Below are positions 39,993 to 50,608 of a DNA stretch of 64,000 nt, in pieces. The position numbers were made by a program, and so were the translations under genes. The stretch is from an uncultured Acidobacteriaceae bacterium (GTDB lineage: Bacteria > Acidobacteriota > Terriglobia > Terriglobales > Acidobacteriaceae). The stretch covers positions 77,665 through 141,664 of the forward strand of contig CAWFNL010000002.1 in the NCBI GenBank assembly GCA_963817165.1, written 5' to 3'. The notes under the pieces were generated by a model, which worked only from the letters and a program-made list of their open reading frames with translations, made no database searches and was not told the DNA's origin. The stretch's first letter is position 1, and each line of letters starts with the position of its first letter.

Positions 39993-41432
39993 CTACCCAA
40001 CGACCGCAAACCCAACCCCCAACAAACTAGCCAGCTTCCTTAACCGCCCCGCAACATGCCCCACGCCAATCGCGCAGTGGTGCGCCGGCGCCTCCGCGTT
40101 CCACGCCTCCAAAAATCTCCGAGCCCCCGCAGCAAACCGATACCGGCTGTTGGAATTCCCAATCTCCAGAATCGGCCCCGCCTCGCTCGCACCTTCCGCC
40201 ACCACCAGCTTGAATCCGCACTGCGCGTCCTCCGCCACCGAAAGCAGCGTCACCGGCCCATGCGCCACCGACATCTCCACCGACAATCCCCGCCCCGCCT
40301 TGCCGTGATAAACGCCCAGCGGCCGCACCTTCACCTGGCCCGCCGCGATCCCCGGATGCCCCGGCCCATCGTGCCCCATCAGCACCACATCGTCGCGAAA
40401 ATCCACGCCATAAAATTCTGAGAACGAGCCGCCCACGCCCAGCCGGTCCATGATCTTCATCGCCAGCACATTCTTCACTTCATACTCGCCCGCCACCGGA
40501 ACCCCGCGCCCCGTCAGCAGGGAAGTCCCGAGGATGATCGAGCGCATCGTCTCCTCATTCGCCTCCACGCCCGAGCCCTTGTAGTAGTAGGCGAGAGCCG
40601 AAAGCCGGTGCCGCTCCACCAATTGATCCAGCGCCGCAGCCGTGCGCGCCGCACAGTCCAGCTCCTCCGCATCGCAATCGGCGCCCACATCAAATACTTC
40701 CCCAAACCGCTCGCGAACCCGAGCCACTGCAGCCTGCGCAACGCCGCCCCGCAGCGCGCTCAGCTCATCCACTTCCAGCATTTCCATCTGCGGACCAAAC
40801 ACCGCGCACAGCTTCGTCAAATCCGTCGCGATGTCCAGCATCCCGCTGTAGTAGTGGCCCATCAACCCAATCCGGCAATGCTCCAGCGCATGCATCACCT
40901 CCGCGGCCTGCACCCACTCTTCAATCTCTTGCCAGCACGCAGCATCGTCTTCCAGCGCCCCCGTCACCTGTCGAAACGGAATCCCTGCCCGCGCAAACAC
41001 ATTCGCGATCTCCGGCATCGGACACGCCGAACACCACGCCAGCCATTCGCCCGTCATTGCCGTTCGATCAGCCATTGCATTGAACGCCGCATAGTCCAGG
41101 GCCGCGCCCGGCTGCAAACTCAGCACCAGCACCGGCGTCCGCAAACGTCGCACCGCCGCCAGCACCGTCGACGACAGCGCATACGTCGTCGCATACACCA
41201 CCACCAGCGCCGGATCTTCCCGGCGAATCGCCTCCGCCGTCGCCACAGCCCGATCCAGCGAATCGACCAGGCCAAAGTCGATTACTTCGCGCCCGTCTTC
41301 CTGTCCGCCCGCACCAAGCCGCCCCGCCACCTCCGCCACATACCCGCGCAGCCGCTCCTCCAGCCCCGGAAACTGGCTCCAGTAAGCCTCCAGCCCAATC
41401 CCAAACAGCCCCACGCGAAAGCTCTGCATCAT
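39993..41432 (-). CDS. L-arabinose/L-fucose isomerase-family protein
   Basis: 479 aa. The N-terminal FRVGLFGIGLEAYWSQFPGLEERL and the overall layout resemble the sugar-isomerase family. The start codon overlaps the upstream gene's stop (TGATG). Confidence 0.6.
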   Translation of the reverse strand: MMQSFRVGLFGIGLEAYWSQFPGLEERLRGYVAEVAGRLGAGGQEDGREVIDFGLVDSLDRAVATAEAIRREDPALVVVYATTYALSSTVLAAVRRLRTPVLVLSLQPGAALDYAAFNAMADRTAMTGEWLAWCSACPMPEIANVFARAGIPFRQVTGALEDDAACWQEIEEWVQAAEVMHALEHCRIGLMGHYYSGMLDIATDLTKLCAVFGPQMEMLEVDELSALRGGVAQAAVARVRERFGEVFDVGADCDAEELDCAARTAAALDQLVERHRLSALAYYYKGSGVEANEETMRSIILGTSLLTGRGVPVAGEYEVKNVLAMKIMDRLGVGGSFSEFYGVDFRDDVVLMGHDGPGHPGIAAGQVKVRPLGVYHGKAGRGLSVEMSVAHGPVTLLSVAEDAQCGFKLVVAEGASEAGPILEIGNSNSRYRFAAGARRFLEAWNAEAPAHHCAIGVGHVAGRLRKLASLLGVGFAVVG

Positions 41433-43009
41433 CAGCGCACCGTCGCCACAACCACCGCAAACGGCGCCAGCTCCAGCGTTCCGCCCTTCGCAACATCCAC
41501 CCGCGCCGGACCTTCGCCGCTCGCTTCATCCACCGTCGCCGTCGCACTCGCCTGCAAACCATCCGGCAGCGCCACGCGTACTACGCGATTCCGCTTGTTG
41601 ATGATCAGCACCTTCTTCCCACTCGGAGTCGCAAACGCCTGCGCCGCAAAATCCCCACTCCCCGCGCTCGTTTCCACCAGCGTGTCGCCCACATGGAAAT
41701 TGTCGAGGATCAGTTTCAGCACCCAGTACCGCGCATTCGGCTTTCCATTCTTCCAGTCGATCATCGTCACACTGGGAAACTGCGTCGGATACCCCACCAG
41801 TTGCGATTCGCCAATCACGTCGATCCCGCGCCGCGCCAAATCCGCAAACAGATACGCATAGAGCGCCCCCGCCGCATTCCAGTAGCGATCCGGAATCGCA
41901 ATCTTGTCGTCGTTCGGCGTGTTGTCCGTCGGCAAAATCACGCCCAGCTCATCCGTGTCCGTCTTCGTCTCCGGAGAAAGCCGCTTGCGAATCCCTTCGA
42001 TGTATCCAACCGTCGCCAGAAATTCATCCGCCTGATCGAAAAACGTGAACTGCCAGTTGTCGATTGTCTGATCCGCGCCCGGCGTCGCATAAAAGTGGTA
42101 CGAGATGTAGTCAATCGGAATCCCCGGCCGGTGATGCGCGTGATTCAGAAAATATTCGAAGTATTGCGGATCGTCCGAAGGCTTCGCCAGCGCCATCCCC
42201 ATAAACTTCGTCTCCGGGCTCACCGCATGGATCGCGCTCGCAATCGCGTCGTAGCGGCTCGTATACTGCTCCGGCGTCGTCGCGTGCTCAAACTCCACCT
42301 CGTTCAGCACCTCCCAAATCGGGATGGAGTAGTGATACCCCGACGTGTGCACCTTGCCGTTTTCATCCGTAAATTCCCCCCGCGCATACCAGCTCACCAG
42401 CCGCCCATAGTAGTCGCCCAGTTGCTTGCCCGTAGGGTCCTTCAACTCCGTGCCCTGCGTGTAATTCCAATCCACCTGGTTCGGATCGCTGGGATACGTG
42501 ACTGGCTTCGGCGTCTCAAACAGCCACGCCGGAATCGTGCTGAAGTTCATCACCGTCGAGTGCCCTTCCGTCGCCGCAAAGAAATCCCGCGTCATCGGAT
42601 CGATCACCGAAAAATCCCACGACGTTCCATCCTTCGTCGGTGGCTGCAGCTCCGCAACCGCCAGCTTTGGATACGGCAGCCATGGCACATAGCGCACATC
42701 ATCCGCGCCCAGCGCCTTCACCGCCGCCAGCGCGCTGTCATGAATCGCCGATCCCAGACGCAGCATTGGATTCACCACCACCTGCAACGTCGGCGTCGAA
42801 CGCGACACAATCACCGTCTTGTCCCAGTGAATCGTGATCGGCTGAGCCGCCTGCGCCTGCGCTACAACGCTCCACCCACCGCACCCCAGCAACACTCCGC
42901 CGCACCACAAAGCTTTCTGCAGATTCAAGGCTCTCACCAGTTCCTCTCCCGCGGAGGATTGTATAGCGGCATCGATATCGCACACACCTTGCCGAATCCG
43001 GCGAGGCAA
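41432..43009 (-). CDS. Secreted clan GH-A glycoside hydrolase (GH39/GH79-like)
   Basis: Signal-like LWCGGVLLGCGGWSVVAQAQAA. IWEVLNEVEFEH carries the acid/base N-E pair typical of (beta/alpha)8 clan-A enzymes. The start is uncertain within the first 30 codons. Confidence 0.6.
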   Translation of the reverse strand: MPRRIRQGVCDIDAAIQSSAGEELVRALNLQKALWCGGVLLGCGGWSVVAQAQAAQPITIHWDKTVIVSRSTPTLQVVVNPMLRLGSAIHDSALAAVKALGADDVRYVPWLPYPKLAVAELQPPTKDGTSWDFSVIDPMTRDFFAATEGHSTVMNFSTIPAWLFETPKPVTYPSDPNQVDWNYTQGTELKDPTGKQLGDYYGRLVSWYARGEFTDENGKVHTSGYHYSIPIWEVLNEVEFEHATTPEQYTSRYDAIASAIHAVSPETKFMGMALAKPSDDPQYFEYFLNHAHHRPGIPIDYISYHFYATPGADQTIDNWQFTFFDQADEFLATVGYIEGIRKRLSPETKTDTDELGVILPTDNTPNDDKIAIPDRYWNAAGALYAYLFADLARRGIDVIGESQLVGYPTQFPSVTMIDWKNGKPNARYWVLKLILDNFHVGDTLVETSAGSGDFAAQAFATPSGKKVLIINKRNRVVRVALPDGLQASATATVDEASGEGPARVDVAKGGTLELAPFAVVVATVR

Positions 43010-43056
43010 ATTCGAAGCAGGCGCGATGCTAAACTTGCGATGAATTTCCCCGTGAG

Positions 43057-44969
43057 GTGTGCATCGTGGTGCGAAGCCGTGCGCTTTTCTTTCCTCTTCT
43101 CCTCATCGCTGCTGCAGCCTGCGCGCAACCAACGCCTATTCACATCACCGCGGACTTAACCGACGCGCCCCGCAAACTCTTCCACGCGGAAATCGATCTC
43201 CCCGTTCACGCCGGCCCGCTCGCCCTCACTGAAGCTGAATGGATTCCCGGCCATCACGCTCCCAAAAGCGTTGACAACGACATCACCGGCCTCGTCTTCA
43301 CCGCCAACGGCCAAACCCTCGCCTGGCAGCGCGACGACGTCGACCTCTACCAATTCCATCTCACCATTCCCGCCGGCGTCACCACTCTCCACGCCCATCT
43401 CGACTACATCGCCAACGCCAAGGCGACCAATGAACTCGCCGTCCTTGAGTGGGAAGACCTCATGCTTTATCCGGCCGGCATTCCAGTGCGCCAGATCGCC
43501 ATCCAGCCATCCGTCACCGTCCCCGCAGGCTGGGGCATCGGCACCTCCCTCAAGCCCATCTCGCCCTACGATCCGCAACATCCCGCAGGCGGCACCGTGC
43601 ATTACGCCGCCACCACAGTCGAGACGCTCGAAGATTCCCCCATCATGGCCGGCATCAATTTCAAGGAGTACCCACTGAATGCCGCCGCCGCGCAGGCCGG
43701 CACGCAGAAGCCCGTCTTCATCGACGTCATCGGCGACACTCCCGAAGAGATCCAGTTGCGCCCCACCGTCGTCGCTGACCTCGAACATCTCGTCACCGAA
43801 GCTCTCGCCATGTACAGCTCCACGCATTACGAGAGCTATCACTTCCTGCTCACGCTCACGAAGTACCCGCCCTATGGCGGCCTCGAGCATCACGAGTCGT
43901 CCGACAACTCGCTGCCCCCGACTCGCTCAAGACCGATCAGGCCCTGATCGTTGGCGGTCCCGTCCTCTCCCATGAATACACGCACTCGTGGAACGGCAAG
44001 TATCGCCGCCCCGCAGGCCTGGCCACGCCCGATTACGCAACGCCCATGAAAGGCGAATTGCTCTGGGTCTACGAGGGCCTCACGGATTATCTCGGCAACG
44101 TCCTCGGCGCGCGCTGCGGCTTCATGACCGCCGAAGATTATCGCGCGTATCTCGCATCGGTCGCCGCTACCCTCGACAACACCTCCGGCCGCCAGTGGCG
44201 CAGCACGGAGGACACAGCGGTCGGCATCTCCGGCCTGCGCGGCGGATCGGCCTGGGCCAACTGGCGTCGCGGCTCAGACTACTACGCCGAAGGCGACCTG
44301 GTCTGGCTCGACGTCGACACCACCATTCGCAAGCTCACCAATGACCAGAAAAATCTCCACGACTTTCTCGCCATCTTCGTCGCCGGCAAAGGCAGCACCC
44401 CGCCCCAGATCGTTCCCTACGAATTCGACGAGCTCGTCACCGATCTCAATCAGGTCGTCCCGTACGACTGGGCCAAATTCCTGCGCGAGCGCGTCTACAC
44501 CATTCAGCCCCACGCCAATCTCGAAGGCATTGAACAAGGCGGCTACAAGCTCGTCTACACCGACAAGCCCAACACCTACGATGAGGCGCGCCAAACCCTG
44601 GGCCGCGCTCCCGCTGGCGTCAATGTCTGGTATTCGCTCGGTCTCTCGCTCGATCCCCAGGGCGGCATCGTCGACGTGCGCGTAGGCTCCCCCGCCGACA
44701 AAGCGCGCCTCGCTCCCGGCGAAAAGATTCTCGCCGTCAATGGCAAGGTATTTTCAAGCGATGCTCTGCGCGCCGCTGTGCACGACAGCAAAACCGCATC
44801 CGGCCCGCTCGCGCTCATCCTCCAGAACGACACCCACGTCGCCACCGTGGCCGTCGATTATCACGCTGGCGAACGCTATCCAGCCCTCGTCCGCGTCGAT
44901 GGCACGCCCGACTATCTGGATGAAATCGCCAAGCCGCTCACGCCCGCTCCGCCACCGGCCGCCCAGTAA
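43057..44969 (+). pseudogene. M61 glycyl-aminopeptidase-family metalloprotease (with a C-terminal PDZ-like region) with one frame change
   Basis: Frame 1 runs to ...YGGLEHHESSDNSLPP. A C5 run at 43915-43919 carries the shift. Frame 0 continues DSLKTDQALIVGGPVLSHEYTHSWNGKYRRPAGLATPDY...ELLWVYEGLTDYLG to 44969. Confidence 0.8.
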
Positions 44970-44970
44970 T

Positions 44971-45663
44971 TTACGAGACCCACCCGTACGTCTTCCAGTG
45001 CAGGTCTTTCCACCTGCCGTCTTCCAGGCCAAAGGCGACCCACTCCCCCTGCCCGCACAGACTGCCGCACCAGTTCGCCGCATACACCAGCGCAACCGTG
45101 TGTCTCCGGTTGAAATACACCTCTGAAAATCCGAACAGAGCGGGCGATCCGCTGTATTCACGCGCTGCCGGCGAGCTGACGTTGCGCGAAGCGTGGAAGT
45201 CATCCTGCTCCGACGGCGAGAGCAGCCGCACCGGCGCATGCGTAGTAAACGCGCCCGGCAGCAGCATCACGCGCTCGTGGCAATGCGCGTCAAAGTCGGC
45301 CAGGATTTCCTCAAAATCCAGCAAACGACTCGCTGGCGGATGCACAGCAATATGCGGATTCATCGTGGCACTGTACCGCGCCGCCGGATTCGAGTTCGGC
45401 TCCTCCCAGCACGGATCGTCCGGCGCAACCACCGTCAAGGTGGCGTCTTTCACGGCCCACATTCTGTGCGGCCAGCCCTTGTCCGCCGTCTCGCCAAACG
45501 GCAACAGCGCGGAATAAATTTGGTACGAATCGACAGTCCGGTCCACCGGCATGGAGATGATGGGATTCAACCCAGCATCCGAAAGGCCGCTTTGCCCAAA
45601 AATGACAGCGGGCACAAAAAGCATAGCGGCAACAACAAGGGGCGAAACACGCATACAAAGCAT
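44971..45663 (-). CDS. Secreted hypothetical protein
   Basis: 230-aa ORF with the signal-like N-terminus MRVSPLVVAAMLFVPAVIFGQ. No recognisable motif. Confidence 0.45.
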   Translation of the reverse strand: MLCMRVSPLVVAAMLFVPAVIFGQSGLSDAGLNPIISMPVDRTVDSYQIYSALLPFGETADKGWPHRMWAVKDATLTVVAPDDPCWEEPNSNPAARYSATMNPHIAVHPPASRLLDFEEILADFDAHCHERVMLLPGAFTTHAPVRLLSPSEQDDFHASRNVSSPAAREYSGSPALFGFSEVYFNRRHTVALVYAANWCGSLCGQGEWVAFGLEDGRWKDLHWKTYGWVS

Positions 45664-45767
45664 CCTTGCGGAAAATGGATGCGCGTATTCCGACAGAGGT
45701 TACCAAATGTTAAACAAGCAGTTTGGCCCTCAGGGCAGAGAGCTTCTTCGTGGCGCAAAATGGCGTG

Positions 45768-48188
45768 CTAACCCGCCCTCAGCGTTTCGATGGGATCGAC
45801 TTCCATCGCGCGCCGAGCCGGCAGATAGCTGGCGACCCATGCAATCGCCAGAAAGATCAAAGGCGCAATCGCGAACGTCCGCAAATCGTGCGCGCTCGTC
45901 TTATACAGCACGCTGGCCATCAGCCGCGTCAGGCCGAATCCCGCGACCAAACCGATTACGATCCCCGCCGCCGCCAGCAAAATTCCCTGCCGCACCACCA
46001 GCCATAGAATGTCGCGCCTCTCCGCGCCCAGCGCCAGCCGGATCGCCAGCTCCTGCCGCCGCTGCACCACGCTCCACGCCAGCATCGCCGCCAGCCCAAT
46101 GGCCGCCAGCATCAGCGCCGTCACCGAAAATACCGCCAGCAGCAGCATCGTAAAGCGCGGCTGCGCGCGGTCCGTGTCCATCAGATCCTCGACGGTCTGA
46201 ACACCCGTCACCGGCTGATCCGGATCGACCGCCGCCACCTGCGCGCGCACCGCCGCCGCCATGCTCAGCGGAGGAACCGCCGTTCGCACCAGCAGATTCA
46301 TGTTCCCCCAGGGAATCTGCGGAAACGGCAGATAGACCTGCGCCGCCGCCTCCTGCGCAACGCCGTTGTTGCGCGCGTCCTGCGAAACGCCAATCACTTC
46401 CGACTGCGCCGGCCCGCGTCCCACCAGCACATGCTTGCCCAGCGGATTTTCCTTCGGCCAGAATCGCCGCGCAAACGCCTGATTCACGATAATCACCCTG
46501 GGCGCCTGCGCGTTGTCCGCTTCCGTAAAATCCCGTCCCCCCAGCAACGGCACACGCATCGTGGCGAACCAACGCGGGCTGACCGCCTCAATATCAAGGA
46601 ACGGCCGCTGCATCAGCGGAACCTCAGGCTGCCCCTCAGCCAGCAACGGCGTGATGCGCTTCGTCTCCAGAGGCAGCGCAGCGGACATCGCGGCGCTGCG
46701 CACGCCAGGCAGCGCAGAGATGCGCCGCAAAACCTCCTGGAAAAATTCAATCTGCTGATCCGGCCTCGCGTATTTCTCCGTCGGCAGCGACACTTCCATG
46801 GTCAGCACATGATCGGCGTCGAATCCAGGATCGGTGTGCAGCAGCCTGGAAAAGCTGCGCACCAGCAGCCCCGCGGCAATCAGCAGGATCAGCGACAGCG
46901 CCACCTGGCCCACCACCAGCACGCTGCGCAATCGCCCCCGCGTGCGCCCGCCGGAGATCCCCCGCCCCTCGTCGCGCAGCGTGTTGTTCAGGTTCGTGCG
47001 CGCCAGCTGCAGCGCCGGAAACAATCCAGTCACGACGCCCGTGAAGATCGAAATGCCCACAGCGAAAAGCAGCACCCGCCCGTCGATGCCCACCGGAATT
47101 CCAATCGGCAGCTGCGCCGCTGCCCACGCCACCAGCGCGCGATCGGCAAGCCACCCCAGCAGGATCCCCACCGCCCCCGCAGCCAGCGCGAGGATCAAAC
47201 TTTCCGTCAGCAGTTGCCGAATGACCGCGCCGCGGCTCGCTCCCAGAGCCGCGCGGACCGCCAGCTCCCGCCGCCGCGCCAGCGCCCGTGACAGCAGCAG
47301 GCTCGCAACATTTGCGCACCCAATCAGCAGCAGCAGCGCCACGGCCGCCGTCAGGATCCACAGCTTCGCGCGCAGTCCGGCAACCACCAGATCGCGCAAC
47401 GGTGCCGCCGTCATCAGCATGGTCGCATCGGCATCGTGAAACGTCGGGTTCTGCTGAATGTATTGCCGATTCAGAACAGCCAGCTCCGCATTCGCCTGTG
47501 TCAGCGTCACGCCCGGATGCAGCCGAGCAAGGTAGCTCAAATAGCCCACGCCCTGCTGCAGCCGCGCCGTCGACATCAGGGTCAGCTCAAAGTAGCGCGG
47601 CGTCCACACATCCGCTTTCCCCACGAAAGGGAAGTGCGCAGCAGCCGGCAGTACCCCCACCACCGTGCTCGGCGTGCCGTCGAGGTCGATCGTCTGGCCC
47701 ACCACGCCAGCATTGCTGTTGAATCGGCTCCGCCACAGCGCATTGCTGATCAACACCACCGGCCGCGACTCCGGATGACCGTCCCCATCCGAAAATGTCC
47801 GCCCAACCTCCGGCTCAACACCCAGCAGCGAAAAGAAATTCGGCGTAACCCGCGCCACCGGCACTTGCACCGGTTCGCCCACGCCCGTCAGGTTCAGGTT
47901 GTCGTTCGTCCACGCGGCAATGTCGAGCGAGCGTGCGCGCGCATGCACGAAGTCATAACGCGGCAGCGTCCCGCTGCTCTCCCAGTTCGCGTTGTGCACG
48001 CCAATGCTGATCAGTTGCTGCGGCTCCGGCCACGGAAACGGCCTCAGCAGCAGCGCGCTGGTCACGGAGAAGATGGCGGTGTTCGCTCCAATCGCCAGAG
48101 CCAGCGTCAGGATCGCAACCGCAGTGAAGCCAGGATTCCGGCGCAGCATGCGCACGCCGAAGCGAAGGTCGCGCAGCAGGTTCAGCAT
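45768..48188 (-). CDS. ADOP-family duplicated permease (MacB-like, two FtsX modules)
   Basis: 806 aa. N-terminus MLNLLRDLRFGVRMLRRNPGFTAVAILTLALAIGANTAIFS. Two periplasmic MacB_PCD-like domains and two FtsX 3-TM blocks. Confidence 0.9.
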   Translation of the reverse strand: MLNLLRDLRFGVRMLRRNPGFTAVAILTLALAIGANTAIFSVTSALLLRPFPWPEPQQLISIGVHNANWESSGTLPRYDFVHARARSLDIAAWTNDNLNLTGVGEPVQVPVARVTPNFFSLLGVEPEVGRTFSDGDGHPESRPVVLISNALWRSRFNSNAGVVGQTIDLDGTPSTVVGVLPAAAHFPFVGKADVWTPRYFELTLMSTARLQQGVGYLSYLARLHPGVTLTQANAELAVLNRQYIQQNPTFHDADATMLMTAAPLRDLVVAGLRAKLWILTAAVALLLLIGCANVASLLLSRALARRRELAVRAALGASRGAVIRQLLTESLILALAAGAVGILLGWLADRALVAWAAAQLPIGIPVGIDGRVLLFAVGISIFTGVVTGLFPALQLARTNLNNTLRDEGRGISGGRTRGRLRSVLVVGQVALSLILLIAAGLLVRSFSRLLHTDPGFDADHVLTMEVSLPTEKYARPDQQIEFFQEVLRRISALPGVRSAAMSAALPLETKRITPLLAEGQPEVPLMQRPFLDIEAVSPRWFATMRVPLLGGRDFTEADNAQAPRVIIVNQAFARRFWPKENPLGKHVLVGRGPAQSEVIGVSQDARNNGVAQEAAAQVYLPFPQIPWGNMNLLVRTAVPPLSMAAAVRAQVAAVDPDQPVTGVQTVEDLMDTDRAQPRFTMLLLAVFSVTALMLAAIGLAAMLAWSVVQRRQELAIRLALGAERRDILWLVVRQGILLAAAGIVIGLVAGFGLTRLMASVLYKTSAHDLRTFAIAPLIFLAIAWVASYLPARRAMEVDPIETLRAG

Positions 48189-48216
48189 GCAGGAATTCTA
48201 GCGGATGCGCGCGCCG

Positions 48217-48765
48217 CTACCGCTGACTCGCCTCGCCCGCAGCCACTTTGCGATTGAAATCCGCCGACCCGCGCCGCGCCACGCTCAGCGTCTGCCATTG
48301 CTCGCCCGCAAAATGCTTCGCCAGCAGCACAATCTGCCCCACGTGATACGGATAGTGCGCCAGTTGCCGATTCACGGCCTGCATCACGGAGTGCGCCTCG
48401 CCGCGAATCGTAATCTTCCGCGCCAGATCAGCGTCGGTCAACGGCTGCAGCGCGCCCAACAGGCACGCCCAGCCCGCTTCCCACGCCGCCACCAGCGCGG
48501 CCCGCGTCGCCGGTGGCTCTTCGAATTCGGAGTCGCGGTTGCGATCGGGCTTTTCCCCGTCGCTGTTCAGAAAATCCGTCCACCGCGACCGCATGTTGCC
48601 CGCCATATGCTTCGCGATGATGGCGATGGAGTTCGCCTCGCCGTCGATGCACGTGAACAGATCCTTATCGGAAACCTGAGCCATCGCCCGGTCGCCCAGC
48701 TTCTTGTAGTAGGCGAAAACACCCCGGGCGTCTTCAAGAAACGAAGTAGTGAATTCGAGCGCCAT
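48217..48765 (-). CDS. DinB-superfamily protein (DUF1572-like)
   Basis: 182 aa, four-helix-bundle-like, with conserved His positions (IIAKHMAGN, HSVMQAVNRQLAHYPYHVGQI). Confidence 0.7.
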   Translation of the reverse strand: MALEFTTSFLEDARGVFAYYKKLGDRAMAQVSDKDLFTCIDGEANSIAIIAKHMAGNMRSRWTDFLNSDGEKPDRNRDSEFEEPPATRAALVAAWEAGWACLLGALQPLTDADLARKITIRGEAHSVMQAVNRQLAHYPYHVGQIVLLAKHFAGEQWQTLSVARRGSADFNRKVAAGEASQR

Positions 48766-48824
48766 GCAGAAAGTTTAGTGCAGTCGAATTCCCCGCGTCT
48801 CCGCCTGTACGCTGTACGCCGCCC

Positions 48825-49316
48825 TTACGCTCCCTGCGCAAACACCTTCGGCACATCGATCCCCAGAGCCGTCGCCAAATCGTGCTGGTGCTCCTGCTCC
48901 TGCGAGATGATCTTGCGCAACTGTTCGGCCAGCGCATAGTGGCCCAGCGCTTCCGCCTGCTTCACCCGCTGCCGGTAGTTGCGGATCGTCTCCGTCTCGT
49001 TTTCCAGATCGAAGCGCAGCATGTCTTCAGCTTTGTCGGAGAGCTTCACCGGCTTGGGCGTCGCCGTCGGCATCCCGCCCAGGTAATCAATCTGATCGGC
49101 AATGATCAGGGCGTGCTGCAGCTCCTCGGCCGCATGCAGCTTCAGTTCGTCGGCGATGCTCATGTATTGCGCCCCCGTGATCACATTGCTGTACACGGTA
49201 TACGCGATGATCGCCTGATATTCGCGCGACAGGTCTTCGTTGAGCGCGTCAACCAACTCCTTCAGCGCCTTGTCGTTCTGGGTTTCGTTCTGGGCTCCGG
49301 CTTTCTTTGCGGACAT
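48825..49316 (-). CDS. Ferritin-like (bacterioferritin/Dps superfamily) protein
   Basis: Diiron-type E/H pattern (LSREYQAIIAY, AAEELQHALIIADQI, ENETETIRNY, SQEQEHQHDL). The ATG at 49316 is preceded by GAGGGGA; a GTG at 49334 is possible. Confidence 0.8.
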   Translation of the reverse strand: MSAKKAGAQNETQNDKALKELVDALNEDLSREYQAIIAYTVYSNVITGAQYMSIADELKLHAAEELQHALIIADQIDYLGGMPTATPKPVKLSDKAEDMLRFDLENETETIRNYRQRVKQAEALGHYALAEQLRKIISQEQEHQHDLATALGIDVPKVFAQGA

Positions 49317-49601
49317 ATTTTCTTTTCCCCTCACTCGGCGGGGAATTCTTCAGCCCCGCAGACAGGGAATCAGATGCCGCAAACCTGCCCCGCGTTGGGT
49401 CTGACTACTGCGCCCCCCCAGGCCTGCACCGGATTCGTCGTAGCCGCCCGCCTCGCCGGCAGCAGCGGATGCGGCCACCGCGCCCATCCGGCCCACTCCG
49501 CATCCAGCTTCGCACCGGACGCGCGCGCGATCTCCGAGAGTGGCCCGAAGTCTTCTGCTGCAGACACCGTCCACGACGGTCCATCGCCGCCACCGCGCCG
49601 T

Positions 49602-49629
49602 TGAAGGTCTCACCAATTCCCGCCGATGA
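49602..49629 (+). promoter_or_regulatory. Candidate sigma-28 (FliA-type) promoter upstream of motAB
   Basis: GCCGATGA (49622-49629) matches the -10 consensus GCCGATAA at 7/8. TGAAGGTC / GAAGGTCT, 11-12 nt upstream, matches TAAAGTTT at 5/8. It lies 83 nt upstream of the motA ATG. Confidence 0.3.
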
Positions 49630-49711
49630 AGGAGACAGAAGCTCGTCCATTCGAGCGCCGCATCCGGTCAGGCAAGCGCGGGCACAGCGCGGAAGAGGAT
49701 TCTCAGCAGGC

Positions 49712-50593
49712 ATGTTTGCAATCATCGGCATCATCGTGGTGTTTGGAGCCGTCATGGCCGGCTATCTCATGGAACATGGCCACGTCGGCGTTCTGCTGCA
49801 GCCCGCCGAACTGCTCATCATCGGCGGCGCCGGCCTCGGCACGCTGCTCATCGCCAATCCCCTGCGCATTCTCAAAAAAATCGGCGCGGGCGCCGCCGCT
49901 ATCTTCGGCAGTTCCCACTTCGGAAAAGATCGCTATCTCACCACCCTGCGCATGATGTACGAACTGCTGCAAAAAGCCCGCCGCGGCGGCATGCTCACCA
50001 TTGAGGCCGACGTCGAAAAGCCGGAAGAAAGTCCGCTCCTCAACGCCTATCCGGATTTCATCAGGGATCATCACGTGCGCGATTTTGTCTGCGACACCCT
50101 GCGCATGGTCATCACTGGCGGCGTCGAAGCCTTCGACATGGACCAGATGATGGACCTCGATATGGAAGTGCAGCACCACGCAGCGGAAGAGCCCGTGAAC
50201 GCCCTCTCCACCATGGCCGATTCGCTCCCCGGCCTCGGCATCGTCGCCGCCGTCCTCGGCGTCGTCATCACCATGGGCGCGCTCGGCGGCCCCGCCGAAG
50301 AAATCGGTCACAAAGTCGCTGCCGCGCTGGTCGGCACCTTCCTCGGAATCCTGCTCTGTTACGGCCTGGTTGGCCCGGTCAGCCAGAACATGGCCAAGCT
50401 CATGGCGGAGGAGCACGCCTACCTCTACGTCCTCCGCGTCCTCATGCTGGCCTTCATTCGCGGACAGCCCCCCGTCGTCGCCATCGAGATGGGACGCCGC
50501 GCCATTCCCTCCCACGTCCGTCCCTCCTTTGCTGAAGTCGAAGAGGCGTGCAGAAACCAGGGTGCTCCAGCCGCCGCCGCTCCGGCTGCGTAG
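49712..50593 (+). CDS. motA: Flagellar-type stator protein MotA
   Basis: MFAIIGIIVVFGAVMAGYLMEHGHVGVL..., then the C-terminal TM3/TM4 block SLPGLGIVAAVLGVVITMGAL...VAAALVGTFLGILLCYGLVGP, typical of MotA/PomA. The ORF upstream of 49712 is Arg/Pro junk. Confidence 0.88.
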   Translation: MFAIIGIIVVFGAVMAGYLMEHGHVGVLLQPAELLIIGGAGLGTLLIANPLRILKKIGAGAAAIFGSSHFGKDRYLTTLRMMYELLQKARRGGMLTIEADVEKPEESPLLNAYPDFIRDHHVRDFVCDTLRMVITGGVEAFDMDQMMDLDMEVQHHAAEEPVNALSTMADSLPGLGIVAAVLGVVITMGALGGPAEEIGHKVAAALVGTFLGILLCYGLVGPVSQNMAKLMAEEHAYLYVLRVLMLAFIRGQPPVVAIEMGRRAIPSHVRPSFAEVEEACRNQGAPAAAAPAA

Positions 50594-50608
50594 ACCTCCA
50601 GGGAGAAG

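Noticed and set aside
49307-49711. 135-codon extension upstream of motA, plus small overlapping ORFs (49626..49955, 49370..49567 minus, 49350..49616 minus)
   Set aside because: The translations are Arg/Pro-rich with no motifs, and motA similarity begins exactly at the ATG at 49712. The 65-aa minus-strand ORF has high GC3 but nothing recognisable, so the region is treated as non-coding.
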